From: Okamejei kenojei | Lineage: Eukaryota | Direction: 5' to 3' | Length of the DNA: 64,000 bases | Assembly: GCA_035221665.1 (NCBI GenBank) | Contig: CM069148.1 | Coordinates: 26,102,001-26,166,000 of the forward strand | Shown: in pieces, positions 53,052 to 64,000 of the stretch | Layout: each line of letters starts with the position of its first letter | Numbering within the stretch: the first letter of the stretch is position 1 | Translations under genes and position numbers: made by a program | The notes under the pieces: generated by a model | The model's input: only the letters and a program-made list of their open reading frames with translations | Databases searched by the model: none | Told to the model about the DNA's origin: nothing

Positions 53052-54551
53052 GAATTGTAATTTATTTACCTATCTGTTACGGACTTACTGCATATAATAC
53101 AATAATATTAAAGTTCTGATCTTGAGAATATCACATTTTTGAATTTTCAAGGCAGTCTGGGTGTTTATTACTATTTCCGTCACAACGGTCAATTTTGTAA
53201 TTAACTACAATTAGGTAATTAACTAATTATATGCTTTAATTTCAGGTCATCCAAGTAAGATGTTTCATATTTGTTTCAGAATTGTTCAATCTATAATAAC
53301 TGAAATTTCCATTCAGTTCTCTTAATTTTTAAGAAATTTATGGGCTTTTGACTGTCCTCGATCACAGCTTTTGCATTAAGTCAAAGCAACAGGGAACAAG
53401 GTTTTCTGGTTAGTAGTTTTTCTGATAATAAACTAAATAAGAGTGAGCTCTTTCCATTAAACAATCTAGTTTCGAATTATGGTCAGTTTCCATTTAGATT
53501 GACTACCGAATGTTTTACTTATTTAGGCATTAAGATTACCAAGAAACACAAGGATTTATTTAAAGCCAATTTTACGCCTTTGATTGACCACATCAAACAA
53601 CAGTTCACTAAGTGGTCACCAATGTCCTTATCTCTAATAGGCCGATCAATGCTATTAAAATTTTTATCTTACCTAAATTTTTATACTTATTTCAGACGAT
53701 ACCAATTTTTATTCCTAAATTTTTCTTTGATATCATTGGCTCCAAAATTTCCTTATATATGGCAGAATAAAAATTCCAGACTAAGTAAAAAATACTTACA
53801 GAAATCAAAAAAAGATGGTGATTTGGCACTGCCGAACCTTAGATTTTACTATTGGGCAGTTAATGTTCGCTATTTAACGTTTTGGACAAAAGATTTAGAA
53901 GATACCCAATGTCCAGGATGGATAAATCTTGAACGTGATTATATGCAAGGGCTACCATTGGATTCTATTCCAGGGGCCTCATTACCTTTTACAATTACGA
54001 GACTGAATAAATACACGACTAACCCAATATTAAGACATACACTTCGAATATGGTTTCAATTTCGTACGTTTTTTGGATTTAATGATTTTATTTTATCGAG
54101 TCCTATCATATCTAATTTTTTCTTTCAACCTTCTAGCACTGATCAAGCCTTTCTGTTATGGAAGAGGAAGGGATTAGTAGCTTTTCGTGATTTGTTTTCG
54201 GATGGTTGTTTTATGTCTTTTGAACAACTCTGCAATAAATATAATTTACCTAACTCACATTTTTTAAGATATTTACGAATTAGACATTTTTTGAGGGCTA
54301 CTCTACCCTTTTTTCCGTTACTACATCAAACCGATATCTTGGATTTTTTTTTACATTTGAACCCTTATCAGAAGGGTTTAATAACGACTATTTATGAGTT
54401 GATTTTGAAATTAAAAAAAGATACATTTGATAAACTTAAGAATGACTGGAAAAGTGAACTACAAATTTCTTGATCTATAGAGAAATGGGAGAGGATTCTT
54501 CAATTAGTTAATACTTCCTCATTGTGTGCAAGACACGCTTTGATACAATTC

Positions 54552-57281
54552 TTGTAAAATATTTTTATTAGAAGTAAATACATATTAAGGAATAACATAA
54601 AATCAAAAAGAAGAAACATATTATTTGTCACATACATTCTTAATATTTTTAAAGTTTACAGTCGTTCTTATTTATACTTCTATACATTTTATTATTTTAT
54701 AACAGAAAGAAGATAGTAAAGAGAAATAATAAAAATAAATAAAATAGAAGTAGAAAATCGATAAAATGAGTGGAGTATTAAGCAAGATATTCTTCATTGG
54801 AGATATATGCGTGGTCTATTGTATATAGTTCTTCATCTATTCCTTCATTCAGGCTTCAGTCAGGCCCTCAAACCGGACCACCTTGACCCTTTAAGTATTC
54901 AATAAATGGAGACCATATTCCTCTGAATTGATCTAGCTTGTCCAAAAGGACAAGTCTTAATCTTTCCAGATGAAGTGTCTCCGCCATTTCTGTAATCCAC
55001 ATTTTGATTGTGGGGGATGTAGGACCTTTCCAAAATCTTAGTATTAGTTTTTTACCAATTATTAAACTATAACCAATAAAAATTCTTTGCTGTGTTGTTA
55101 GTAGTTGATCCGTTTCTAATATTCCTAATATGATTAATTTTGAGTCTGGAATCAGATGTGCATTAACTACCTTCGAGATTATCTTAAAAATTTCTATCCA
55201 AAAATTAGTAATTTTTATACATTTTGTGAATGAATGCGTTAGATTAGCTTCTAAATGCTGACATTTATCACATATAGCAGAAACATTTGAAAAAATTGTG
55301 TTTAATTTGGATTTTGAAAAGTGTAATCTATGTAAAACTTTAAATTGTATCAAGGAGTGTCTGGCATTTAATGAGCAGTGGTGTATATGTTGTAAACTTT
55401 CATTCCATACTTCTACACTAATTGTTTGACCTAATTCATTTTCCCATGCCTGCCTATATATTTCCGACTTTGGTAAATCATTTTCCAGTAAAATATTATA
55501 AATATATATTAATTTTTCTGTATTCGGATATTTATTTAGACATTCATCTAAAATTTCTGTCTTTCTATTTCTAAAATCCTGTGTGTTTGATTTAACATAG
55601 TCTCTAATTTGTAAATATCTAAAGTACTCTTTTGAGTGTAATCCGTAAATTTGTTGTAATTCCTGAAATGAAAGGAATAAACTTTCCTTGTACAGATCAC
55701 CCATCTTATTTATTCCATAGTTCTTCCATTTAAAAAAAACCTTTATCCATCATTGAAGGTTTAAAAGTAATGTTATTTACAATGGGAAGAGCCAGTGGTA
55801 TACTTTCTAATTTTAATGTTTTCTTTAATTGTTTCCAAATACGTATGCCACTTTATATTATTGGATTTCCTCTATAAATTTCCTTGTGTATTTTAGTATT
55901 AGCAAATAAAATCAAGCTAATTTCGAAAGGTGAACAATCTTCCTTTTCCATTTTTAACCAGTTTGGTTGTTTATCTACTTCTTCCAACCAAAAATTCATA
56001 TTTTTAATATTAACTGCCCAGTAATAAAACATAAAATTAGGCAATGCAAAACCTCCATTCATTTTTGATTTACATAGATATTTTTTATTTATTCTATGGC
56101 TCTTATAATCCCAAATAAAATTGGTAACTTTATATCAACTTTATACAAGCATATGGTGCAACATAACATAACCTTAGAAATAAAATGTTTAGAACTGGGT
56201 GACAGATGGGCAAAAATATGAGATAGGTGGATCTCTCCTAATCTCTCTTTTCTTTTTACTTTTTCCTTCTCTTTCAATCTTTAACTTCTCACCTCTGTCC
56301 TTTTTTTGTTTTTGTTTTCTGTTTCTACTCGCTTGTCTATCTATTCCGACACTCTTTATTTCTTTTTTCTCTCACTGTTCTTTTATTATTGAACTAAAAG
56401 TATGAAGTTGTACAAGAATGAGAATATGTATTTATGTATTAGGTACTTAAGTACCAGACTACTGTACTTACTTCTAACAAAAATAAACAAACAAAATAAA
56501 TAAATAAATAAATAAAATTGGTAACTATAGAGTCCACTTTCTTAAAAAAAAATTTAGGAAGATATATCGAGATCAGTTGAAACAGGTATAATAATTGCGG
56601 AAGAAAAATCATTTTTATCGCATTAATTCTACCTAGCATTGAAATAGGTAATGTTTTCCAATATAGGATATTCTTAAGTAGTTTATTCAATAGGGGTGGG
56701 AAATTAGATTTAAATAAAGAATCATATCTTTTTGTTACATAAATTCCAAGATATTTGATTTTTTCATTTGCTATCTTAAAAGGATATTGTTGATTTATTT
56801 GTGAGTTATTTCCCATTATTCACATAAGTTCACCTTTATTCCAATTAATTCTATATCCTGAAAACAATCCAAATATAGTTATTAAATCTAATAAATTAGG
56901 AATACTAATTTCCAGCTTTGTAATATAAAGTAATACATCATCTGCGTATAAAGAGATTTCATTTTCAGTTTCTTTGGTTTCATACCTGTATATTTCAGGA
57001 TGTAATCTCACGCATTGTGCTAATGGTTCAATTGCCAGTGCGAACAGTAGTGGAGATAGAGGACAACCTTGTCTACAGCCTCGGAATAAATTAAATTTAG
57101 TTGTTAACATTTGATTTATTAATATTCTAGCTGTTGGCTTGGTATATAGTAGCTTAACCCATGTTATAAACTTCTCTCCCAACTGAAAAGTTTCCATAAC
57201 CGAAAATAAATAAGACCATTCATTCTGATCAAAAGATTTCTCTGCGTCCAATGAAATAATTGATAAATCTTTATTAATGTT
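54552..57281 (-). mobile_element. L1/Tx1-clade LINE, same family as 23779-25114
   Basis: RT motifs SLDAEK, RQGCPLSPLLF, YADD; 13-bp TSD tttgatacaattc at 54539-54551 and 57282-57294. Confidence 0.9.
56130..56509 (+). mobile_element. short LINE 3' end nested in the minus-strand L1
   Basis: 17-bp TSD aaataaaattggtaact at 56113-56129 and 56510-56526; (TAAA)n tail. Confidence 0.8.
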
Positions 57282-59159
57282 TTTGATACAATTCAAGATG
57301 GTTCACAGAGCTCATATGTCAAAAGATAAGTTAACTCGTTTTTATGGTCAAATAAATCCTACCTGTGACAGATGTAATTCTGAAGTGGCCTTATTGACTC
57401 ATATGTTTTGGTCCTGCCCACTTTTGGAAATATATTGGAAATAAATTTTTGATACTATCTCTGTAGTTTTAGGTATTGATTTACAACCTCATCCTATACT
57501 AAAATTTTTGGGCTACCAATGTTAGATTCTATTCACCTGTCCCTTTCCGCCCATCGGCTGATTGCTTTGACCACATTAATTGCCAGAAGATTTATTTTAT
57601 TTAAATGGAAAGATTCCAATCCTCCGACCACACTCCATTGATACTCTGAAACGATATCATGTTAAAATTTAGAAAAAATTAGGAGCGACATTGTTGAACC
57701 CTTGGTTAAATTTGATAGGACTTGGGGAAGATTTATTCAACATTTTCATACGACATAAACTGTCCCCTCTCCAACTGTTATAATAATTTTTTTAACTGGT
57801 ATACGGTGGAACGGACTTGTCGACAAACAGGGACTTAAATTGTTGAAACTCTTTGCAGCCCAGATTCTGTTTTCCTTTTTTAATTTTAAAAAAAAAATCT
57901 CTTTAGTTTAGGGGGGTTTTGTTTTTTTGTTTTTTCCCTTTTCTCTTTTTTTTCTTTTTATCTTCTTGTTTTTATACATATAAGTTCTCTTTTAAACACT
58001 TAACTATATTTATATAGAGACCGGGAGGTCTATATTCAATGTGCATTTTGATACCGGACTCACATTTAGGTTATACCTGCCATTAATGTAACCCTGATCC
58101 CAATATATCAATATCACTGTTATGTTTATCATTACTTGTTTGTTGTTTTGTTTTTGCTTTTGAAAAAAAACAAATAAAAAGATTTTAAAAGAAAAAGAAA
58201 CAAAGATGCTGATTTCCGATTATGAAAATGGCCATAACTTTTTTAATACTGAATATATGAAAGTGAATTAGGTATCAAATTTAAGTTCTTTTTATGCTTT
58301 ATCTGATGGGATAAATTACAGGCTTGATTTTTTAAATCTCAAAATGTTATAACATTCCTAATCAAAGGGGATGAGTTTCAATAAAAATGTAGAATAGATA
58401 ATTGTTAGTGAGGGGAAGGTGACAATGAAGCATACAAATATAACATTTTTAATAATAGGAGGATAGTCAATGGTTGGAGAACTAGGATCGGAGATGGATG
58501 GAGAGAAAGGGAAAACAAGGATTCGAGAAGTCAATATACCGCTGGGTTGTAAGCTGCCCAAGCGAAATATGAGGCGCTGTTCCTCCAATTTACTTTGGAC
58601 CTCAGTCGGACAGTGGAAGAGGTCCACGACAGATAGGTCAGTATTGTTTCCATTATCATCGTTACATCAAACCCAGGTCTCTGGCGCTGTGAGGCAGCAA
58701 CTCTACTGCTGCGCTACCGTGCCGTCCTTACAAAATGCTAATTCTTCTTCTGCCCGAATGGTATCTCTGGCATAGTATTCTCAAGTGAAGACACTATTTA
58801 AAATGTATATCTATATGTCAAAATTGCAATTTTATCTTCTGCAGAAGCAACAGTAAAATGGCATGATTTATAGGTCTGTTGCTTGAAATTTCTTCCCCAT
58901 TTGAGAGAGACTCCACAGCAGAATTATATTTAGAGCAATTTGTTTTGGAAAGTTGGACAAGATCATGGGGTATCTTTGAGATTTACTTGAACGTTAAAGT
59001 GTTTCATGTGGAATATCTAACCCATAGCATATAATGAACCCGGAACATGGAACAGTACAGCACCGGAACAGGCCATTCGGCCCACAATGTCTGTCAAACA
59101 TGATGCTAAGACAAACTATCTCTTCTGCTTGCATGTTATCCATAAGTATCAAGTCATCT

Positions 59160-59305
59160 ACGACCTCTGTGATTTTTCTGTCTGCGATCCCTGTCTGTGA
59201 TCTCTGTGACTGCGACCTCTCTCTGTCTGTAATCTCTCTGTCTGCGACCCCAGTCTGTGATCTCTGTCTGCGATCCCTGTTCAACTACGATCTCTCTCTG
59301 TCTGG
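59160..59305. repeat. degenerate 14-16-bp tandem repeat (ctgtctgygatctct)
   Basis: about 9 visible units upstream of the B7-H6-like promoter. Confidence 0.7.
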
Positions 59306-59500
59306 GCCCCAGACAGAGAGATCAGACCTGAGAAGGAGAGGTTATATTTCCCCAGAGTCTGAGGAAATATAACCTTCCCCCTTTCAGGTCTGATCTCTCT
59401 ATTTCAGATGTCCCGCTATCCAAGGAAACACCCTTCCCCTCCCCGAGCAGGCTGCGCTGTGTCTCACAGAGGGCGACAGAGAGAGGCAAGTCGTCCCTCT

Positions 59501-59529
59501 CCCCGCCCAACACCGGCCAAAGTGAAACC
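59501..59529 (+). promoter_or_regulatory. GC box plus IRF-E/ISRE-like element of the B7-H6-like gene
   Basis: CCCCGCCC at 59501-59508 and CAAAGTGAAACC at 59518-59529, about 33 nt upstream of the ATG. Confidence 0.6.
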
Positions 59530-59561
59530 AAGGCGGCGAGAGGGGTGCGGCAGCTCGGACC

Positions 59562-59628
59562 ATGGGGCGGCTGGGGACCCCACTGCGACAACTCCTGCTC
59601 CTGTTGGTGATGTTGGCGCCACATTCAG
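59562..59628 (+). CDS. NCR3LG1: B7-H6-like gene, signal peptide exon
   Basis: accATGG Kozak; MGRLGTPLRQLLLLLVMLAPHS G|gtcaga; phase 1 matches the IgV exon; sits in a CpG-rich patch. Confidence 0.8.
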
Positions 59629-60769
59629 GTCAGAGCCGTGGCTGGGCCACGCTGGGCTAGGGAGCGCGGGCCGACAGGCCGCTCGGGTCGCAGAATGGGG
59701 AACCCGGTGCCGGGGTGCGCGGCCCACCTTTCCCGGGGTTTAGCCTGGCATCATGATCGGCACGGACATTGTGGGCCGAAGGGCCTGTTCCTCTGCTGTA
59801 CTGTTCTGTGTATAAAGATTAACGTGGTTCCGGTAGGCCGCAAGGCGCGTTCCTATGATATACTGTGCCATGTTCTGTGTATAAAGGCCAGCAAGGATAT
59901 TGTGGACCAAAGGGCCTGATCCTGGGCTATACTGTTCTATGTGTAGATGTGTAATAGCACAAACATTACGAGCTGACAGCTCTGTTCCTCCACTGTACTG
60001 TTCTATGAGTAGTCAGGGTGACACAGTGGCGCAATAGTAGAGTTGCTGCCTTACAGCGCCACACACCCTGGTTTGTTCCTGACTTCGGGTGCTGCATGTC
60101 TATAAGGAGGTTGTACGTTCTCCCTGTGACTGCGTGGGTTTTCTCCGGATATTCCGGTTTCCTCCCACACTCAAAGTACAAGTTTGTAGGTTAATTAACT
60201 TCGGCAAAATTGTTCCTAGTGAGTAGGATAGTGTTAAGAGTACGGGATTATAGCTGGTCTGCACTGACTCGGTTGGCCGAAGGGCCTATTTCCACATTGT
60301 TTCTCTAAAGTCTAAAGCTTCTAAACTCAGCATAGATATTGTGGGCTGAAGGGCCTACTTCTCTGCTATACTGTTTTATGTATAATGGGTGGCCAAATGG
60401 CCCAATCTTGTACTGTGCTATTTAAGATCCTTGGTGGGGTGTCTTTGACAAGATAGTACTTGAGATGTTTTCTCTGGTGGGAGAGGCATGATCAAGGGGA
60501 TATGGCTACAAAGTAAGGAGTCGGTCATAGAGCCGTACAGCATGGAATCAGGCCTGTTGACCCACCTTGTCCATGCCGACCAACGTGCCCCATCTCAGCT
60601 AGTCCCACCCATCCACGTTTAAATCATTTTTGTAGGGTGCATTCTAACATGCAAATATTTTTACATATTTTAATATGTATATTTGTAAAATAAAAAGATA
60701 TACATATTTTAATATGTATTTAAAATATTTTTAATATTCTAATATGTACTTTTTTTTTCCAATTTACAG

Positions 60770-61120
60770 GACAGTTGACGTTGAAAGCAAGCAAAAGTCC
60801 AGCGGAAGTCATCCGGTACGAAAATGGACTTCTCGAGTGTGAGATTGCTAATCTCAGTGCGATTACTTTGAACCCAAATAATTTAGGCGTTTTATGGGTT
60901 TTTACCAGTGGAACTGAAGATTTAAATATCTTTATGTATTCTAACGGACAGATAACAAATCTGTGGAAGGAAGCAGAGCTGTCTGAAAGCTCCATTTTAG
61001 ATGGAAACATGTCACTTTTCCTGAGACATGTTACGTTAAAACATTTTGGGGAATATCGCTGTGAGGTTGTTATTCCGCCAAATTCCAAAGCTTCTCTGAC
61101 GGTAAAGCTTGAAGTTTTAG
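60770..61120 (+). CDS. NCR3LG1: B7-H6-like gene, IgV exon
   Basis: tacag|GA CAG...TTA G|gtaag, 351 nt, phase 1/1; C...LGVLW...GNMSLFL...GEYRCEVVIPP parallels B7-H6 MGITW...GDASLRL...GEYRCEVVVTP. Confidence 0.85.
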
Positions 61121-61815
61121 GTAAGGAGATTTCTTGCATTTCACTGTAAATTATTTAATATTGTGATATAAAGCTGTATGTCCCATCTGCCCATATTTGG
61201 CCCATATCAGTCTTGACGTTTCCTATCCATGTACCTGTCCAAATGCTTTTCGATGTTTTTGTAGTACCTACCTCAACTATCTCCTCTGCACTCTTTCCAG
61301 CATAATGGTAGTTTCTTAGAGCATGGAGACCAAAAGAGTTTGGGTATAAATTTGTATTTCAGAGAAAATAGTTTTGCAAATTCCATGGTAGACACAAAAT
61401 GCTGAAGTAACTCAGCGGGACAGGCAGCATCTCTGAAGAGAAGGAATGGGTGACGTTTCAGGTCAAGACCCTTCTTCATGGGTGACCTTTCGGGTGGAGA
61501 CCCTTCTTCTAATGCAAATTCCATCATGCTAGTATAACGCCTTAGAATGAAAGCAAAATTCTACATTTATTTGATATCTGAAGGAAGAACAAATGTTATT
61601 GGAAACTCTCATATCGGGTAGAAACTGTGAACTGAAAGATATCAAATGTCATAGGTTGATTGCGTTGCATGGATGCATCCATGCTGTATCACTAAAGTAA
61701 ACTAAACTGGGCTCATGGAAGAGCTGTTCCAAAACCAAGTCTTTATGTGACCCAACAGTATGTTTTCTATGTTAAGTATAGCCGTTGAGACATTAATATA
61801 TCTTTTTTTTTACAG

Positions 61816-62142
61816 CACGACCCACAGTAACTATTGTTTCTGAGAAGCTTGTGGAGGTTGGCAATGGAGGAGAGATGGTCTTGGGTTGTCAGTTAAATGG
61901 ATATTATCCTTGCGAATGCAAAACGGATTGGTTTCAGTCAAACCCGTCACAAAAGAAAACAAAGCTGTTAACTGATATCTGCATCGCCCCTCCAATCAAA
62001 AATTCTGATGGGACATGCAACGTGACCACTGAAGTTCGACTGGAACCTCGTGTAGAAGATATTGGCAGCAGTTTTGAATGCCGGGTGACACACAAGGCAT
62101 TTCCAGAGCCATACACTGCGAAAGCTGCAGTGACTTTGAAAG
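61816..62142 (+). CDS. NCR3LG1: B7-H6-like gene, IgC1 exon
   Basis: tacag|CA CGA...AAA G|gtcagt, 327 nt, phase 1/1; GYYP...PIKNSDGTCNVT...EDIGSSFECRVTH parallels B7-H6 GFYP...TIKNMDGTFNVT...EDPGTVYQCVVRH. Confidence 0.85.
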
Positions 62143-63905
62143 GTCAGTTAGTTTTAGTTTTGGAGATACAGTGTGGAAACAGGCCCTTCAGCCCAATGAG
62201 TCTGCTGACCAACTATTTTCCATACACTAGTTCTATCCTACATATTAGGGGCAATTTACAGAGGCCAATTAACCTACAAACTTGCATGTCTGGAATGGGG
62301 GACAAAACCGGAGCACCCAGAGGAAACCCACGTTTGTACGGTCACGGGGAGAACGTACAAACTCTGTACAGACAGCACCCGTAGTCGGGATCGAACCTGG
62401 GACTCTGGTGGTGTAAGACAGCAACTCTACCGCTGTGCTGTAGTGTTCTTTCTATTTTTTAATGAAAAGTTGAAATTTCAAACTTTTGGTTACGTTCAAG
62501 TTGAGGGGTAGAGCCACGGAGTAATCCAGCACGAAAACAGGCCCTTCAGCCCAACTCATTCGTGCCGACTAAGACGCCCCATCTCAGCAAAGCCTTTTGC
62601 CCGCGTTTGCCCTCTAACCCTTTCCTCTCCACGTACATATCCAAATGTCTCTTAAATGTTGTGATAGTACCTGCCTCAACTACCTCCTCCTGCAACTCGT
62701 TCCATATACCCACCACTCTGTGTAAAAAAGGTAGTCAGGTTCTAATTAAATCTTTCCCCCCTCACCTTAAACTTGGGATCCGAAGTGACCTTTAGGATGT
62801 GTGGAAAGTTGTAACGTGGGGTAGTCATACAGTTGTTCAGCAAGGAAACAGGCCATTCAGCCCAACGTCTATACCATCAAAATCCCCATCAAGTTTGTCC
62901 CATTGGCCCACATTTGGTCCTTATCTCTCTGACCCTTTCCCATGCAAGTATTTGTCCAAAGATCTGCTAAATGTTATTATTATATCTGCATCAGCTACCT
63001 CCTTGTGCTGCTCATTCCATACCACCACCACCCTATGAATAAAAAAGTTGCCCCTCAGGTTCCTATTAAATCTTTCCATCTTACCTTAAACTATGTTCTC
63101 TGGTTCTTGATTTCCTACCCTGGGTAAAAGACATTCACCCTTTCAATTCCCCTCGGGATTTTATACACCGCTATAAGCTGAAGATAAAACAAGTATGATT
63201 TTTTAAAAATAGTTTGATAAAGGCTTTTTAAACTGAGTATTTTTATAGAACAATTATGCTAACCCAAACTCCTTTCTGCTAAATCTGTCCATGAACCTTT
63301 TTCTGCTAAATCTAAATACATCTGTAACTATAATTATCTTGTCAAAGTGTTGAGTATTTATAACTTCAATAACTTTTTTGATAAACAGTAAGTTTCACAT
63401 CCTAAGTAAAGAATTTTCTTCTTTTCTCTTTATTTCTTGTTACCTTTTATCAATGGTTTTTAAATTCTCCCGTGTGGAAGAAATTTCCTCTTGGTCACTT
63501 CCGAGTCTTTTCCCGAACATGTTCAGGCTTTTAAAAGTAGATGTGAGCGGTTAGTTCTGTACCATCTTCATCAGTTCATAAGTCATAGGAGCAGAATTAC
63601 GCCATTCTGCCCATTGAGTCTACTCTGCCATTCAATCAATCATGGCTGAGCTAGCGCTCAACCTCTCAACCCCATTCCATCTCAACCCAATTCAACTGCC
63701 TTCTCCCCATAACCTTTAATGTCTTTACTAATCAAGAACCTGTCAATCTCCACTTTAAAAATACCCAATGACTTGGCCTACACTGCCATCTGTGGCAATG
63801 AATTCCATAGATTTACCACCCTCTGGCTAAAGAAATTCCTCCTCATCTGTTTTCTAAAGGTACGTCTTGTAATCTTGTCATTTTTTTTGCACTTTTGTAT
63901 TACAG

Positions 63906-64000
63906 AAGCAGAAATTCATCTGTCCATAAGCTCAATAGTTGGAAGCATCATTGGAAGTGTAATTTTTTCTGTAATACTGTTAGCGGCTGGAATTTACCTG
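63906..64000 (+). CDS. NCR3LG1: B7-H6-like gene, transmembrane exon (runs off the window)
   Basis: tacag|AA GCA..., phase 1; EAEIHLSISSIVGSIIGSVIFSVILLAAGIYL hydrophobic stretch. Confidence 0.8.

Larger units (their letters stand above)
53401..58200 (+). mobile_element. L1/Tx1-clade LINE nested in copy C and split by a second L1
   Basis: ORF 53499-54473 (YLGI..., LALPNLRFYYWA) resumes at 57295 (HRAH..CDRC..H); A-rich tail near 58165-58200. Confidence 0.8.
51742..58360 (+). mobile_element. DNA transposon family with 7-bp TSD, copy C (contains Tudor-like exon and nested L1s)
   Basis: termini TAGCGATGTTACAAAA / TAGGAATGTTATAACA; TSD atcaaag at 51735-51741 and 58361-58367. Confidence 0.88.

Noticed and set aside
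53499-57296. Long ORFs (324, 278, 158 aa) as host genes
   Set aside because: Frameshifted L1/Tx1 ORF2 fragments bounded by TSDs
58830-58900. Acceptor-like ttttatcttctgcag as an exon of the Ig gene
   Set aside because: All three frames close quickly, and a better leader exon exists at 59562

Overview
Eukaryotic, intron-rich vertebrate DNA. The repeat content (HE1/V-SINE-like tRNA SINEs, CR1, Rex1/Babar, Penelope, L1/Tx1) points to a cartilaginous fish, probably a skate or ray; this is an inference. Three host genes can be reconstructed exon by exon: (1) the last 8 coding exons of DENND2B/ST5 on + (545-30748); (2) a complete 5-exon RPL27A on - (50428-42027, 148 aa) hosting one SNORA3/SNORA45-family H/ACA snoRNA in intron 4; (3) an NCR3LG1/B7-H6-like Ig gene on + (leader, IgV, IgC1 and TM exons, 59562 to window end) with an IRF/ISRE-type promoter element. 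The rest is a dense, often nested set of mobile elements, many with readable termini and target-site duplications (TSDs). The most notable observation is a DNA-transposon family with 7-bp TSDs (3 copies), one copy of which keeps a spliceable terminal exon encoding a Spindlin (Spin/Ssty)-like Tudor domain. Other highlights: an L1 insertion whose 17-bp TSD duplicated a DENND2B splice acceptor, creating a potential L1-derived terminal exon; a transposon-borne array of CCAAT boxes at about 31-bp spacing; Penelope-type minimal hammerhead ribozyme motifs; a Helitron carrying a 1.8-kb G-rich tract; and four extra cysteines in the B7-H6 C1 domain. Homology calls rest on remembered family sequences, not on database searches. 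Repeat boundaries without TSDs are approximate.
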